Below are positions 38,379 through 47,345 of a DNA stretch of 64,000 nt, piece by piece. The stretch spans positions 12,765 through 76,764 of the forward strand of contig CAVZPA010000005.1 in assembly GCA_963776995.1 (NCBI GenBank), in the 5' to 3' direction. The DNA comes from an uncultured Acidimicrobiia bacterium. Lineage in GTDB: Bacteria > Actinomycetota > Acidimicrobiia > Acidimicrobiales > Ilumatobacteraceae. The position numbers were made by a program, and so were the translations under genes. Within the stretch, counting starts at the first letter, position 1, and each line of letters starts with the position of its first letter. The notes under the pieces are model-generated. The model had not been told where the DNA came from. It saw only the letters and a program-made list of their open reading frames with translations, and ran no database searches.

Positions 38379-39226
38379 GGCACGCCGACCACGCCGGCCA
38401 GCCGGACCCAGTCGTCGAGCGCCAGCTCCTCCGGGCGAGCGGTCTCGGCGATGTCGGCGGCGGCGAACTGCCCGGCGGTCACCACCCCCGCCAGCGAGCG
38501 CCGGAGCATCTTGCGGCGCTGCCCGAACGCCGTGCGCACGAGGGGGAACACGGCATCCGGGGCGGCGTCGGGTGGTGGGCGACGGACGATCTCGACGAGC
38601 GCCGACTCGACGTTGGGACGGGGCACGAAGACCGACGCCGGTACGTCGCCGACGATCCGCGACCGCGCCCAGTAGGCCACCTTGACGCTCACCGCGCCGT
38701 ACGCCGGCGAGCCGGCGGTCGCCGCCAGCCGCTCGGCCACCTCGCGCTGGACCATCACGAGCATCCGCTCGATGGCCGGAACGCCGTCGAGGAGGTCGCA
38801 CACGAGCGGCGTGGCCACGTTGTACGGCAGGTTGGCGACCAGCACCCACCCGGTGTGGCCGCGGAGCAAGCCCTCCCAGTCGAGGGCCATGGCATCGGCC
38901 TCCACGACGTCGACACCCGGCACGTCAGCGAGCACGTCGCGCAGCGCGCCGACGAGCCCGTGATCGACCTCCACGGCGGTGACGGCCGCGCCCGTCTCGG
39001 CGAGGGCCAGGGTCAGCGACCCGAGCCCGGCGCCGATCTCGACGACGCGATCGCCAGGCCCGACGCCGGCGAGGTGGGCGATGCGGCGCACCGTGTTCGG
39101 GTCGGCGACGAAGTTCTGCCCGAGGTCGCGGCGTGGCGCCAGGCCACGGCTGGTCAGCAGCTCGCGCACCGTCGGCCGTGAGTGCGTCATCTCACGCGGG
39201 AGGTGACGTGGCGCGCCACGCCACAC
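38375..39226 (-). CDS. rsmA: 16S rRNA (adenine1518/1519-N6)-dimethyltransferase
   Basis: LGQNFV, the SAM motif VVEIGAGLGSLT, and NLPYNV. An alternative start exists at 39190 (MTHSRPT). Confidence 0.95.
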   Translation of the reverse strand: MWRGAPRHLPREMTHSRPTVRELLTSRGLAPRRDLGQNFVADPNTVRRIAHLAGVGPGDRVVEIGAGLGSLTLALAETGAAVTAVEVDHGLVGALRDVLADVPGVDVVEADAMALDWEGLLRGHTGWVLVANLPYNVATPLVCDLLDGVPAIERMLVMVQREVAERLAATAGSPAYGAVSVKVAYWARSRIVGDVPASVFVPRPNVESALVEIVRRPPPDAAPDAVFPLVRTAFGQRRKMLRRSLAGVVTAGQFAAADIAETARPEELALDDWVRLAGVVGVP

Positions 39227-39229
39227 GGC

Positions 39230-39841
39230 TCACTGACGGATCTCGACGTTGATCGGCGCGTTGGTGAGATCGGCGATCTGCCGGAAGCGGTCGGGGTGCA
39301 TGACCAGTTCACCGTGCGGCGCGTCCGCCGAGCGCGGCGCCGTCCAGCACTCGATCGATCGCCCGTTGTCGACGTTGACGACCGTGATCAACTCGCCCAC
39401 CTCGACCCCGTTGAACGCGCACGTGTCGACCCTGCCGACCGACTGCCGGTAGATCGCCTGCGCCGTGGCGACCACGACCTCGTCGGTGCTGCCGACGGCG
39501 ATCGGCACATGCTCCGGTGGCGGCGGCAGCGGTGTGCTATCGAGGTAGCGGGCGTCGACGTCTCCCATCGGATCGGCGGACGTGGTCGGTGCGGCTGTGC
39601 CGGCGGCGCCGTCTTCGGCGGCCAGACCGACCGCCGCGACGTTGGGGCGGGACCCCTCGTCGTCCTGGTTGACGAGCCACACGGCGGGGAGCGCGACGAC
39701 CGTCAAGGCGCTGGCCAGCACCAGCCGCCGTCGATCCCTGTCGTCGAATCTCAAGGGTCTGCTCCCAGGTCCGTACAGGCCGGACTGGCTCCCGACCCAT
39801 GAAGGAACGAAAAGGGTAGGTAGCTGGACCGCAGAACGCAA
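39230..39841 (-). CDS. Membrane-anchored protein with an RlpA-like double-psi beta-barrel C-terminal domain (YabE/RpfB position)
   Basis: One TM segment, an Ala/Pro-rich linker, and a C-terminal ...CAFNGVEVGELITVVNVDNGRSIECWT...MHPDRFRQIADL...INVEI resembling DPBB (RlpA/3D-type) domains. It lies in the conserved slot between tatD and rsmA. Confidence 0.6.
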   Translation of the reverse strand: MRSAVQLPTLFVPSWVGSQSGLYGPGSRPLRFDDRDRRRLVLASALTVVALPAVWLVNQDDEGSRPNVAAVGLAAEDGAAGTAAPTTSADPMGDVDARYLDSTPLPPPPEHVPIAVGSTDEVVVATAQAIYRQSVGRVDTCAFNGVEVGELITVVNVDNGRSIECWTAPRSADAPHGELVMHPDRFRQIADLTNAPINVEIRQ

Positions 39842-39876
39842 ACCGGCCGCCGCGGACTCGGTCCGCGGCCCCCTGG

Positions 39877-40638
39877 TCAGGACAGGCCGAAGGCGGTCTC
39901 GGCGTTGGCCCGCGTGACGTCACGGACGGTGTCGGCGGCGAGACCGTGGATCTCGGCCAGCCGGTCCCCGACGAACGTGACCCAGGCCGGCCGGTTCGGC
40001 TTGCCGCGGTTCGGCACTGGTGCGAGGTACGGGCTGTCGGTCTCGACGAGCGTGCGGTCGAGGGGCACGAGAGCCGCCGCGTCGCGGACGTCCGCCGCGC
40101 CGGGGAACGTGACGATGCCCGAGAAGCTGACGAAGGCACCGCGCTCGACGCACCGTTGGGCCTCATCCGGTCCGCCCGTGAAGCAGTGGAAGATCGTGCG
40201 TGCCGGCACGCCCTCGGTGTCGAGGATGGCGAACGTGTCGTCCCACGCCTCGCGGGTGTGGATGACGAGCGGCAGGCCGAGGCGGTGGGCCATCCCGATC
40301 TGCGCGGCGAACGCCTCGCGCTGGACGTCACGCGGCGAGTGGTCGTAGTGGAAGTCGAGACCGCACTCCCCGACGGCTACCGGCTGCGTCGCACCGTCGA
40401 ACAGGTCGGCGATCGTCGCCACGCCGTGCCGTGCCTCGTGGGGGTGCAGCCCCACCGTGGCATGGACCTGGGCGTGGCTGCCCGCCACGGCCAACGCTTC
40501 CAGTGACGAGGCACGGTCGCAGCCCACCGTGACCATCGTCCCGACGCCGGCCGCCAAGGCCTCGGCGACGACCTCGGCGGCCGAGTCGAGGGGGATGTGG
40601 CAATGCGAGTCGACCCAACTGGGGCGGGCGTCGGTCAC
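39877..40638 (-). CDS. tatD: TatD family metal-dependent hydrolase
   Basis: GTG at 40638 overlaps the metG stop (GTGA). DSHCH, GECGLDFHY, HTREA and ETDSPYL motifs are present. Confidence 0.93.
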   Translation of the reverse strand: MTDARPSWVDSHCHIPLDSAAEVVAEALAAGVGTMVTVGCDRASSLEALAVAGSHAQVHATVGLHPHEARHGVATIADLFDGATQPVAVGECGLDFHYDHSPRDVQREAFAAQIGMAHRLGLPLVIHTREAWDDTFAILDTEGVPARTIFHCFTGGPDEAQRCVERGAFVSFSGIVTFPGAADVRDAAALVPLDRTLVETDSPYLAPVPNRGKPNRPAWVTFVGDRLAEIHGLAADTVRDVTRANAETAFGLS

Positions 40639-42143
40639 GGCGTGATGCGCGGGAACAGCGCCGGCCCCTTGGTCACCGGCAGGCCTCCGGGGTACCGCCC
40701 CCACTCGACGTCGCGGAGCACGCGCTGGTCGTCCACGGAGCCCGCCAGACCGATGCGCTCCCAGATCGCCTGCGCCGAGCCGGGGATGGCCGCGGCGGCG
40801 AGGATGGCCACGATCCGCAGCGCCTCGAGGGCGTCGCCGAGCACGGCGTCGACGTGCGAGCCGGGGTCGAGCTTCCACGGCTCGTTGACCTCGAGGTGGG
40901 CGTTGGTGGCCCGCACGAGTTGCCACGCCGACTCCAGGGCCCGGTTCGGGGCGACGGCATCCCACCCCGCGATGGCGCCGGCAACGGCGTCCGCCGCCGG
41001 GACCGCCAGCGGACTGTCGGCGGCCGGCGCCGGTCCGACGCCGCCGCACTTCGACCCGACGACGGTGGTGACCCGGGCGACGAGGTTGCCGAGGTTGTTC
41101 GCCAGGTCGGCGTTGTAGCGCCCGACCAGACCGTCGTAGGTGAAGTCGCCGTCCTGCCCGTAGGGGGTGTCGGCGAGGATGTAGTAGCGGAAGCCGTCGA
41201 CGCCGACGGTGTCGACGAGGTCGAGCGGCTTGACGACGTTGCCGGTCGTCTTGCTCATCTTCTCCCCACCGCTCAGCAACCATCCGCCGACGGCCCACCC
41301 CTTCGGCGGCTCGATGCCGGCCGACAGCAGCATCGCCGGCCAGTACACGCAGTGCTGGCGGATGATGTCCTTGCCGATCAGGTGGTAGTCGGCCGGCCAC
41401 CACTGCTCGAAGCGCTCGGAATCGGTGCCGAAGCCGACCGCCGCGACGTAGTTGGTCAGGGCGTCGAACCAGACGTAGGTCACGTGACTCGGGTCCCACG
41501 GGAGCGGGATCCCCCACGTCAGGCTGGTGCGGCTGACGGAGAAGTCGCGCAGCCCGGAGCGGATCAGGCCCAACGCCTCGTTGCCGCGGAACTCCGGCAC
41601 GATCGCCCCCGGATGGGCCGCGTACCAGTCGAGCAGGCGGCCCTGGAAGCGCGAGAGCCGGAAGAAGTAGTTCTCCTCTTCGAACTCCTCGATCGGCAAC
41701 TTGTGGATCGGGCACAGGTCTCCAGGGAGCAGGTCGTCGTCGCTGTAGTACAGCTCGCAGCGCACGCAGTACTTCCCCCGGTACAGGTCGAGCTCGATGT
41801 CGCCGGCGTCGTAGCACCGCTGCAGGAGCTCGATGACGGCCGCCCGGTGCCGCGGCTCGGTCGTGCGGATGAAGTCGTCGTTGGCGATCTCCAGGTGCTT
41901 CCACGCCTCGGCGAACTTCGGGGCGATCGAGTCGGCGAACGCCTGCGGCTCGAGCCCGGCCGCCTCGGCGGCCCGTTGGATGTTGAGGCCGTACTCGTCG
42001 GTGCCGGTGAGGAAGTAGACGTCGTCACCGAGCAGGCGGTGCCAGCGCGTGAGCGCGTCGCCGACGATCGTCGTGTACGCGTGGCCGAGGTGTGGCTCGG
42101 CGTTCACGTAGTAGATCGGCGTCGTGACGTAGAACCGGCTCAC
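40635..42143 (-). CDS. metG: Methionine--tRNA ligase (short form)
   Basis: HIGH motif PHLGHAYT, KMSKS motif GEKMSKTTG, and a Cys-containing CP insertion. Confidence 0.97.
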   Translation of the reverse strand: MSRFYVTTPIYYVNAEPHLGHAYTTIVGDALTRWHRLLGDDVYFLTGTDEYGLNIQRAAEAAGLEPQAFADSIAPKFAEAWKHLEIANDDFIRTTEPRHRAAVIELLQRCYDAGDIELDLYRGKYCVRCELYYSDDDLLPGDLCPIHKLPIEEFEEENYFFRLSRFQGRLLDWYAAHPGAIVPEFRGNEALGLIRSGLRDFSVSRTSLTWGIPLPWDPSHVTYVWFDALTNYVAAVGFGTDSERFEQWWPADYHLIGKDIIRQHCVYWPAMLLSAGIEPPKGWAVGGWLLSGGEKMSKTTGNVVKPLDLVDTVGVDGFRYYILADTPYGQDGDFTYDGLVGRYNADLANNLGNLVARVTTVVGSKCGGVGPAPAADSPLAVPAADAVAGAIAGWDAVAPNRALESAWQLVRATNAHLEVNEPWKLDPGSHVDAVLGDALEALRIVAILAAAAIPGSAQAIWERIGLAGSVDDQRVLRDVEWGRYPGGLPVTKGPALFPRITP

Positions 42144-42194
42144 GCCGTGAACGCTACCGATGCGGTTCGCGCCGTGAGCCAGGGGTTGAGCCGC

Positions 42195-42242
42195 TTCTGT
42201 CCTCTGAGATCGGCCCGTTCGGGCCGATCTCAGAGGACAGAA
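42195..42242. repeat. Palindromic intergenic element, copy A (perfect 21-bp arms CTGTCCTCTGAGATCGGCCCG / CGGGCCGATCTCAGAGGACAG)
   Basis: Read directly. It contains the stop codon of the HAD gene and lies upstream of metG, so it is terminator-like. Confidence 0.9.
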
Positions 42243-43054
42243 CGGACGGTACGGCCGTAGCGGGCGCCGGCGGCGAAGCTGGCGCAGGCGATCGCCGTCG
42301 CTCCGGCCGCGGTGACCGAGCGGCGGATCACCGACTTCGTCCGCTGGCTGAAGTTGACCATCGGCCAGCCGTGGGCGCGGGCGTGACGCGCCAGTTTGGA
42401 GTCGGGGTTGACGGCGACAGGATGGCCGACGGCCTGGAGCATCGGCAGATCGCTGGCCGAGTCGGAGTAGGCGTAGCTCTGGGCGAGATCGAGCCCGTCC
42501 CAGCGGGCGATCTCCTCCATCGCCGTCACCTTGCCCGCCCCGTAGCAGAACGGCCCGGCGAGCTCGCCGTTGTACACGCCGTCGACGATCAGGCTGCGCG
42601 TCCCGATCCCGGCGGTCATCCCGAGCGAGTGGGCCAGCGATTCGACGATCTCGACCGGGGCCGCCGAGACGATGTAGGTGTTGCGTCCGGCGTGGCGGTG
42701 CAGGTCGAGCAGCCGGCGGGCCTCCGGGCGGATCTTCGCCAGCAGCTTCGGGAGGACCTCGGCGTTGAGGGCGATCAGGTCGTCGCGGCGCATCCCCTTG
42801 ACGGCGCCGAGGATCCGGTCGCGCACGGCGTCGGTCGTGCGGTCGCTCGAGCCGCGCAGCTTGAACGCCAGGGCCGCCCTGGCGTCGCGGACGAACTGGC
42901 GGGTCGGCACGAGGCCGGCCGAGCGCGCCGTCGTGGCCAGGATGAACGCCGAGGAGCCCGAGATCAGCGTGCGATCGAGGTCGAAGAACGCCGCGCTGGG
43001 ACCAGAACTGATCATCTGGCGGTACTCGCTGACGGTGTCGCGCCGCTCGTTCAT
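42230..43054 (-). CDS. HAD-IB family hydrolase (SerB-like) with a C-terminal hydrophobic tail
   Basis: AAFFDLDRTLI (DxD motif), IVSAAP, and YSDSASDLPML. The start was chosen at ATG 43054 (MNERRD). Confidence 0.85.
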   Translation of the reverse strand: MNERRDTVSEYRQMISSGPSAAFFDLDRTLISGSSAFILATTARSAGLVPTRQFVRDARAALAFKLRGSSDRTTDAVRDRILGAVKGMRRDDLIALNAEVLPKLLAKIRPEARRLLDLHRHAGRNTYIVSAAPVEIVESLAHSLGMTAGIGTRSLIVDGVYNGELAGPFCYGAGKVTAMEEIARWDGLDLAQSYAYSDSASDLPMLQAVGHPVAVNPDSKLARHARAHGWPMVNFSQRTKSVIRRSVTAAGATAIACASFAAGARYGRTVRSVL

Positions 43055-43172
43055 CGACGGCTCAACTGGGGGGCTACGCCCGGTGCCCCATCGCCGCCCG
43101 CTCCTGATGGTCGCTCGGTCGGCCTCGCTCGGTCCCGAATTGTCACATGTCACGCCTTCATGCGACGGCACT

Positions 43173-44150
43173 CTAGCGGGGGTGGGACGCCTCGGTGTCG
43201 GGGGGCGGTGTCCCGAAGCTGTCGTCGGCAACGGTAGTCGTGGCGCGCCCTCCCCGCTCGGTCACCGCGAGGTCGTAGGCCACACGGCGCGGCACGCCGA
43301 GTCGGGCGGCGACCGCCGTCGCCGCATCACGCCGCGAGCGGCCGGCCGCCAGCTCGGCTCGCAACGCTGTCCTGATCTCGTCGTCGTCGGGCGGCGCATC
43401 GTCGGGCCGGGCGCCCTCGACGACGAGGACGTACTCACCACGCGGTGTGCCGAGGTCCACGTCGCCGAGCGTGCCGCGCACGACGGTCTCGTAGAGCTTG
43501 GTCAGCTCGCGCGCCACCGTCACGCGACGGTCGGGTCCGAAGCGCTCGGCCAGATCGGCGAGCGTGCGCTCGACGCGGTGCGGGGCCTCGTAGAGCACGA
43601 TGGTGCGCGGCTCGTCCGCCAGGGCGTCGAGCCGCTCCACACGGGCTCGACCGGATCGGGGCAGGAACCCCTCGAACACGAACCGCCCGGTCGGCAGCCC
43701 GCTGGTGACCAGGGCGGCGACGAACGCCGTCGGACCGGGGACGGCGACCACCTCGTAGCCGGCGTCGAGCACGGCCCGCACCATCCGCTCGCCCGGATCG
43801 CTGATGCCGGGCATCCCGGCGTCGGTGACCACGGCCACGTCACGCCCCTCGCCGAGGACGTCGAGGACCTCGCCGGTCCGCGCCAGCTCGGTGTGTTCGT
43901 TGCACACGGCGAGCCGGGCCGCCGTGACACCGGCGTGCTGCAGCAGGCGACCGGTGCGGCGGGTGTCCTCACAACACACCAGCCCGGCTTCGGCCAGCGC
44001 GGCGATCGCCCGCGGCGACAGGTCGCCGAGGTTCCCGATCGGGGTGCCGACGAGGACGAGGCGGCCCCGCGACGGTGCGGCGTCAGCCACCGCGATCGTC
44101 GCCGGCCGGATCGCCGGCGCCGTCGCGGAGCTCGACGACGTCGCCGACAT
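43173..44150 (-). CDS. rsmI: 16S rRNA (cytidine1402-2'-O)-methyltransferase
   Basis: LVLVGTPIGNLGDLSPRA, CEDTR, and DAGMPGISDPG. The N-terminal start is uncertain. Confidence 0.93.
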   Translation of the reverse strand: MSATSSSSATAPAIRPATIAVADAAPSRGRLVLVGTPIGNLGDLSPRAIAALAEAGLVCCEDTRRTGRLLQHAGVTAARLAVCNEHTELARTGEVLDVLGEGRDVAVVTDAGMPGISDPGERMVRAVLDAGYEVVAVPGPTAFVAALVTSGLPTGRFVFEGFLPRSGRARVERLDALADEPRTIVLYEAPHRVERTLADLAERFGPDRRVTVARELTKLYETVVRGTLGDVDLGTPRGEYVLVVEGARPDDAPPDDDEIRTALRAELAAGRSRRDAATAVAARLGVPRRVAYDLAVTERGGRATTTVADDSFGTPPPDTEASHPR

Positions 44151-44448
44151 GCAGGCCCCACCGCTCGAACGCCCCGGCCTCGGCCTCGATGACCCAGGCC
44201 GCCTTGGTGACGGGCCACCCGACGCGGTGGCGCGGCATGCGCACCGCCTTGACCACCGTGCCGGCGTCGTCGACGTAGGCGACGTCGAGGGGAAAGCGCA
44301 TCCCGAGGGTGTGCACCCACCGGCACGAGGTGATCACCATCGCCCCGTCCAGCCCGTCGCGCTGCAGGAGCCCGCGGCGGCGCTCGGACCGGGACTCGGC
44401 CACCTCGGCCGAGGCGAGGACGCGCGCATCGCTCACCAACCAGGCCAC
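44083..44448 (-). CDS. DUF192 domain protein
   Basis: AESRSERRRGLLQRDGL.GAMVI..CRWVHTLGMRFPLDVAYVD is typical of DUF192. GTG start proposed at 44448. It overlaps the rsmI 5' end by 68 nt. Confidence 0.65.
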   Translation of the reverse strand: MAWLVSDARVLASAEVAESRSERRRGLLQRDGLDGAMVITSCRWVHTLGMRFPLDVAYVDDAGTVVKAVRMPRHRVGWPVTKAAWVIEAEAGAFERWGLHVGDVVELRDGAGDPAGDDRGG

Positions 44449-44744
44449 GGCGGAAGCATGGCACGCGGTGCTTGAGTGGCCTCGCTCGCTCCGATGGACC
44501 TCGCTCGCTCGAGACTCCGCTCGCTCGGCGTGTCTCGCTGCGGCTGGCGCCGCCGGCCCAGGCGGGCCGACGCTCGACCTGACCATCCATGCTCGCTGCG
44601 GACGGGGGCCGAAGCGGTCACTGACTGCCACCGCGCTCGCGAGATGGTTCGGACGGCTGATGGTTCGCGGCGCAGGTCTCGGCGCGAGCGGGCTGGCTAC
44701 AGTCCGGCGTGCAACGCCAGCCATGTACGACACAGGGGGTTCGA

Positions 44745-47033
44745 GTGCCCGGCAGCATCCTCGGCAATCGGGTGGTCCGCAAGGAGGATCCGAAGTTCCT
44801 CACCACCGGCGGCATGTACCTCGACGACCTCAACGACGTCGGCGAGCTCAGCGGAGCGGCCTACGTCGCCTACGTGCGCTCGGCACTCGCCCACGGCTCG
44901 ATCACGTCGATCGACACGTCCGCGGCGGCGGCGATGCCCGGCGTGGTCGGCATCTTCACCGCCGCCGACCTCGAGCTGCAGCCGGTCCCGTCGCCCTTCA
45001 ACCCGGCCGTCGCCAAGACGCTGCTCGCCAGCGACCGCGTGCGCTACGTCGGCGAGCCGATCGCCGCCGTCGTCGCCGAGACCCGCGAGCAGGCCGTCGA
45101 CGCGGCCGACGCGGTGCTCGTCGACTACGACTCCCTCGACGTCTACATCGATCCGCAGGAAGCGCTCACCGGCACGACGCTGCTGTACGACGGAGCGGGC
45201 AGCAACGTCGTGTTCGACTCCACCGCCCTCGGCATGCCCGATCTCACCGGCGACGAGTTCTTCGCCGACTGCGAGGTCACCGTCTCCGGCACGTTCGTCA
45301 ACCAGCGCGTCGCCCCGTGCCCGCTGGAGGTCCGTGGCTCGGCGGCGACGTGGATCGACGGCCGGTTGCACCAGTGGGTCTCGACCCAGCACGCCCAGGG
45401 GATCAAGGACCCGATCGTCGCCGGCAACGCCGTCGACGCCGAGCAGGTGCGCATCCTGACGCCCGACGTCGGCGGCGGCTTCGGCGCCAAGATCAGCACC
45501 TACCCGGAGGAGATCGTCCTCGGCCCGATCGCCAAGCGCCTCGGGCGGCCGGTGCGCTGGCAGGAGACCCGCAGCGAGTCGATGATGGCCCTCGGCCACG
45601 GCCGGGCGCAGGTCCAGCACGTCACGATCGGCGGCCGCCGCGACGGCACCGTCACCCACTACCGCCTGCACGTCATCCAGGACTCCGGCGCGTTCTGTGA
45701 CATGGGGGCGATCCTCGCCCCCTTCATGACGCGTCCGATGTCGTCGGGTGTCTACGCCATCCCCAACATCGAGTGCCGTACGACGTCGGTGGTCACCAAC
45801 ACGACGCCGACCACGGCCTACCGCGGCGCCGGCCGGCCGGAGGCCACGGCGGCGATCGAGCGGGCCATGGACATGTTCGCCCTCGAGGTGGGTCTCGACC
45901 CCGCCGAGGTCCGCCGGACGAACCTGATCCCCCCGTTCGCCGATCCGCACACCACGACGATCGGCCAGACCTACGACGTCGGCAACTACGCCGGCGCCCT
46001 CGACAGGGCCCTCGAAGCGGCGGGTTACGCCGAGCTGCGCGCCGAGCAGGCCCGCCGCCGGGAGTCCGGTGACCCGGTGCAACTCGGCATCGGCGTCAGC
46101 ACCTACGTCGAGATCACCGGTGGCGTGCCGCCGATGGGTGAGGCGGCCAAGATCGAGGTCCTCGACGACGGTCGCGCCGTCATCTACACCGGCACCTCGC
46201 CGCACGGCCAGGGACACGACACGTCGTGGTCGATGATCGCCAGCGAGCAGACGGGGATCCCGCTCGACCGCATCGAGCTGGTGTGGGGCGACACCGACCT
46301 GGTGCCCGTCGGCGGCGGCACGATGGGCTCGCGCTCGCTGCAGCAGGGCGGCGCCGCCGTCGACAAGGCCGCCGGCGAGCTCGTCGACAAGGCCAAGGCG
46401 CTCGCCGCCAAGGCGCTGGAGGCAGCCGAGTCCGACATCACACTCGACCGCGACGCCGGCGCCTTCCATGTCGCCGGCACACCCGCCGTCGCCAAGACCT
46501 GGGGCGAGCTGGCGGCGCTGGCGTCGAGCGACGGCGACCCGTTGCTGATCGAGACGAGGTTCGAGGCGGGCAGCCCGACGTTCCCGTTCGGCGCCCACGT
46601 CGCCGTCGTCGAGGTCGACGTCGAGACGGGACAGGTGCGTCACGTCCGCCACGTGGCGTGCGACGACGCCGGCCGGGTCATCAACCCGCTGATCCTCGAG
46701 GGACAGATCCACGGCGGGGTCGCCCAGGGCGCCGCCCAGGCGTTGCTGGAGGAGGTCCGCTACGACGCCGACGGCAACCCGGTGACGTCGAACCTCGCCG
46801 ACTACGGGATGATCACGGCCGCCGAGCTGCCGAGCTTCGAGGTCGTGCACATGGAGACGCCGACGCCGGTCAACCCGCTCGGCGCCAAGGGGATCGGCGA
46901 GTCGGGCACGATCGGCTCGACACCGGCCGTGCAGTCCGCCGTGGTCGATGCCGTGTCCCACCTCGGGGTCCGTCACATCGACATGCCGGCGACCGCGGAG
47001 CGCGTCTGGCAGGCCATCCAAGCCGCCTCCTGA
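44745..47033 (+). CDS. Molybdopterin-binding large subunit of a xanthine dehydrogenase family enzyme, form II CoxL-like
   Basis: GTG at 44745 after AGGGGG. N-terminus ILGNRVVRKEDPKFLTGGG. The active-site loop reads AYRGAGR, which is the form II signature rather than the AYxCSFR of true CO dehydrogenase. Confidence 0.93.
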   Translation: MPGSILGNRVVRKEDPKFLTTGGMYLDDLNDVGELSGAAYVAYVRSALAHGSITSIDTSAAAAMPGVVGIFTAADLELQPVPSPFNPAVAKTLLASDRVRYVGEPIAAVVAETREQAVDAADAVLVDYDSLDVYIDPQEALTGTTLLYDGAGSNVVFDSTALGMPDLTGDEFFADCEVTVSGTFVNQRVAPCPLEVRGSAATWIDGRLHQWVSTQHAQGIKDPIVAGNAVDAEQVRILTPDVGGGFGAKISTYPEEIVLGPIAKRLGRPVRWQETRSESMMALGHGRAQVQHVTIGGRRDGTVTHYRLHVIQDSGAFCDMGAILAPFMTRPMSSGVYAIPNIECRTTSVVTNTTPTTAYRGAGRPEATAAIERAMDMFALEVGLDPAEVRRTNLIPPFADPHTTTIGQTYDVGNYAGALDRALEAAGYAELRAEQARRRESGDPVQLGIGVSTYVEITGGVPPMGEAAKIEVLDDGRAVIYTGTSPHGQGHDTSWSMIASEQTGIPLDRIELVWGDTDLVPVGGGTMGSRSLQQGGAAVDKAAGELVDKAKALAAKALEAAESDITLDRDAGAFHVAGTPAVAKTWGELAALASSDGDPLLIETRFEAGSPTFPFGAHVAVVEVDVETGQVRHVRHVACDDAGRVINPLILEGQIHGGVAQGAAQALLEEVRYDADGNPVTSNLADYGMITAAELPSFEVVHMETPTPVNPLGAKGIGESGTIGSTPAVQSAVVDAVSHLGVRHIDMPATAERVWQAIQAAS

Positions 47034-47041
47034 CGGCTTTC

Positions 47042-47088
47042 GTCCTTGGAAACCGGCCCGATCGGGCCGGTTTCGCAGGACAGAACGG
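47042..47088. repeat. Palindromic intergenic element, copy B (GTCCT..GAAACCGGCCCG AT CGGGCCGGTTTC..AGGACAGAACGG)
   Basis: Same framework as copy A, with the central stem bases changed in a compensatory way. It lies just 3' of the CoxL-like gene, so it is terminator-like. Confidence 0.85.
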
Positions 47089-47158
47089 GTGAACGGGCGG
47101 TGGACGGTGGGTTGCTGACGACCGGCGGCTCGCTGAACGTCGCGCTATCGTCGCGCCA

Positions 47159-47344
47159 ATGCTCAGCTATCTCGATCCCGGCACCGGGAGCATGATCGCC
47201 GCCGCCTTCGCCGGCGGCATCGCCGGTTTCGGTGTGCTCTTGCGGATGTACGGCCATCGCGTGCTGGGGGTGTTCTCCAAGAAGCACCGGACGAAGGCCG
47301 AGGAGGCGCAGGCCGAGCTCGTCGGCTCCGACGCCGACAGCTGA
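47159..47344 (+). CDS. Small membrane protein (61 aa), hypothetical
   Basis: One hydrophobic helix (SMIAAAFAGGIAGFGVLL), then a charged tail. It ends 1 nt before the next gene start. Confidence 0.5.
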   Translation: MLSYLDPGTGSMIAAAFAGGIAGFGVLLRMYGHRVLGVFSKKHRTKAEEAQAELVGSDADS

Positions 47345-47345
47345 G

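Noticed and set aside
42144-42229. T-box or other leader upstream of metG.
   Set aside because: Only 86 nt are available, and most of that is the palindromic element shared with other loci. There is no specifier-loop or T-box sequence.
44484-44560. CRISPR-like array, because of the reiterated CTCGCTCGCT units.
   Set aside because: The units are about 10-12 nt, degenerate and irregularly spaced, with no unique spacers of CRISPR size and no cas genes in the window.
44449-44744. Molybdenum-cofactor riboswitch or other known leader upstream of the CoxL-like gene.
   Set aside because: I could not recognise any match to the Moco motif. The region is dominated by CTCGCTCG-type low complexity and short direct repeats.
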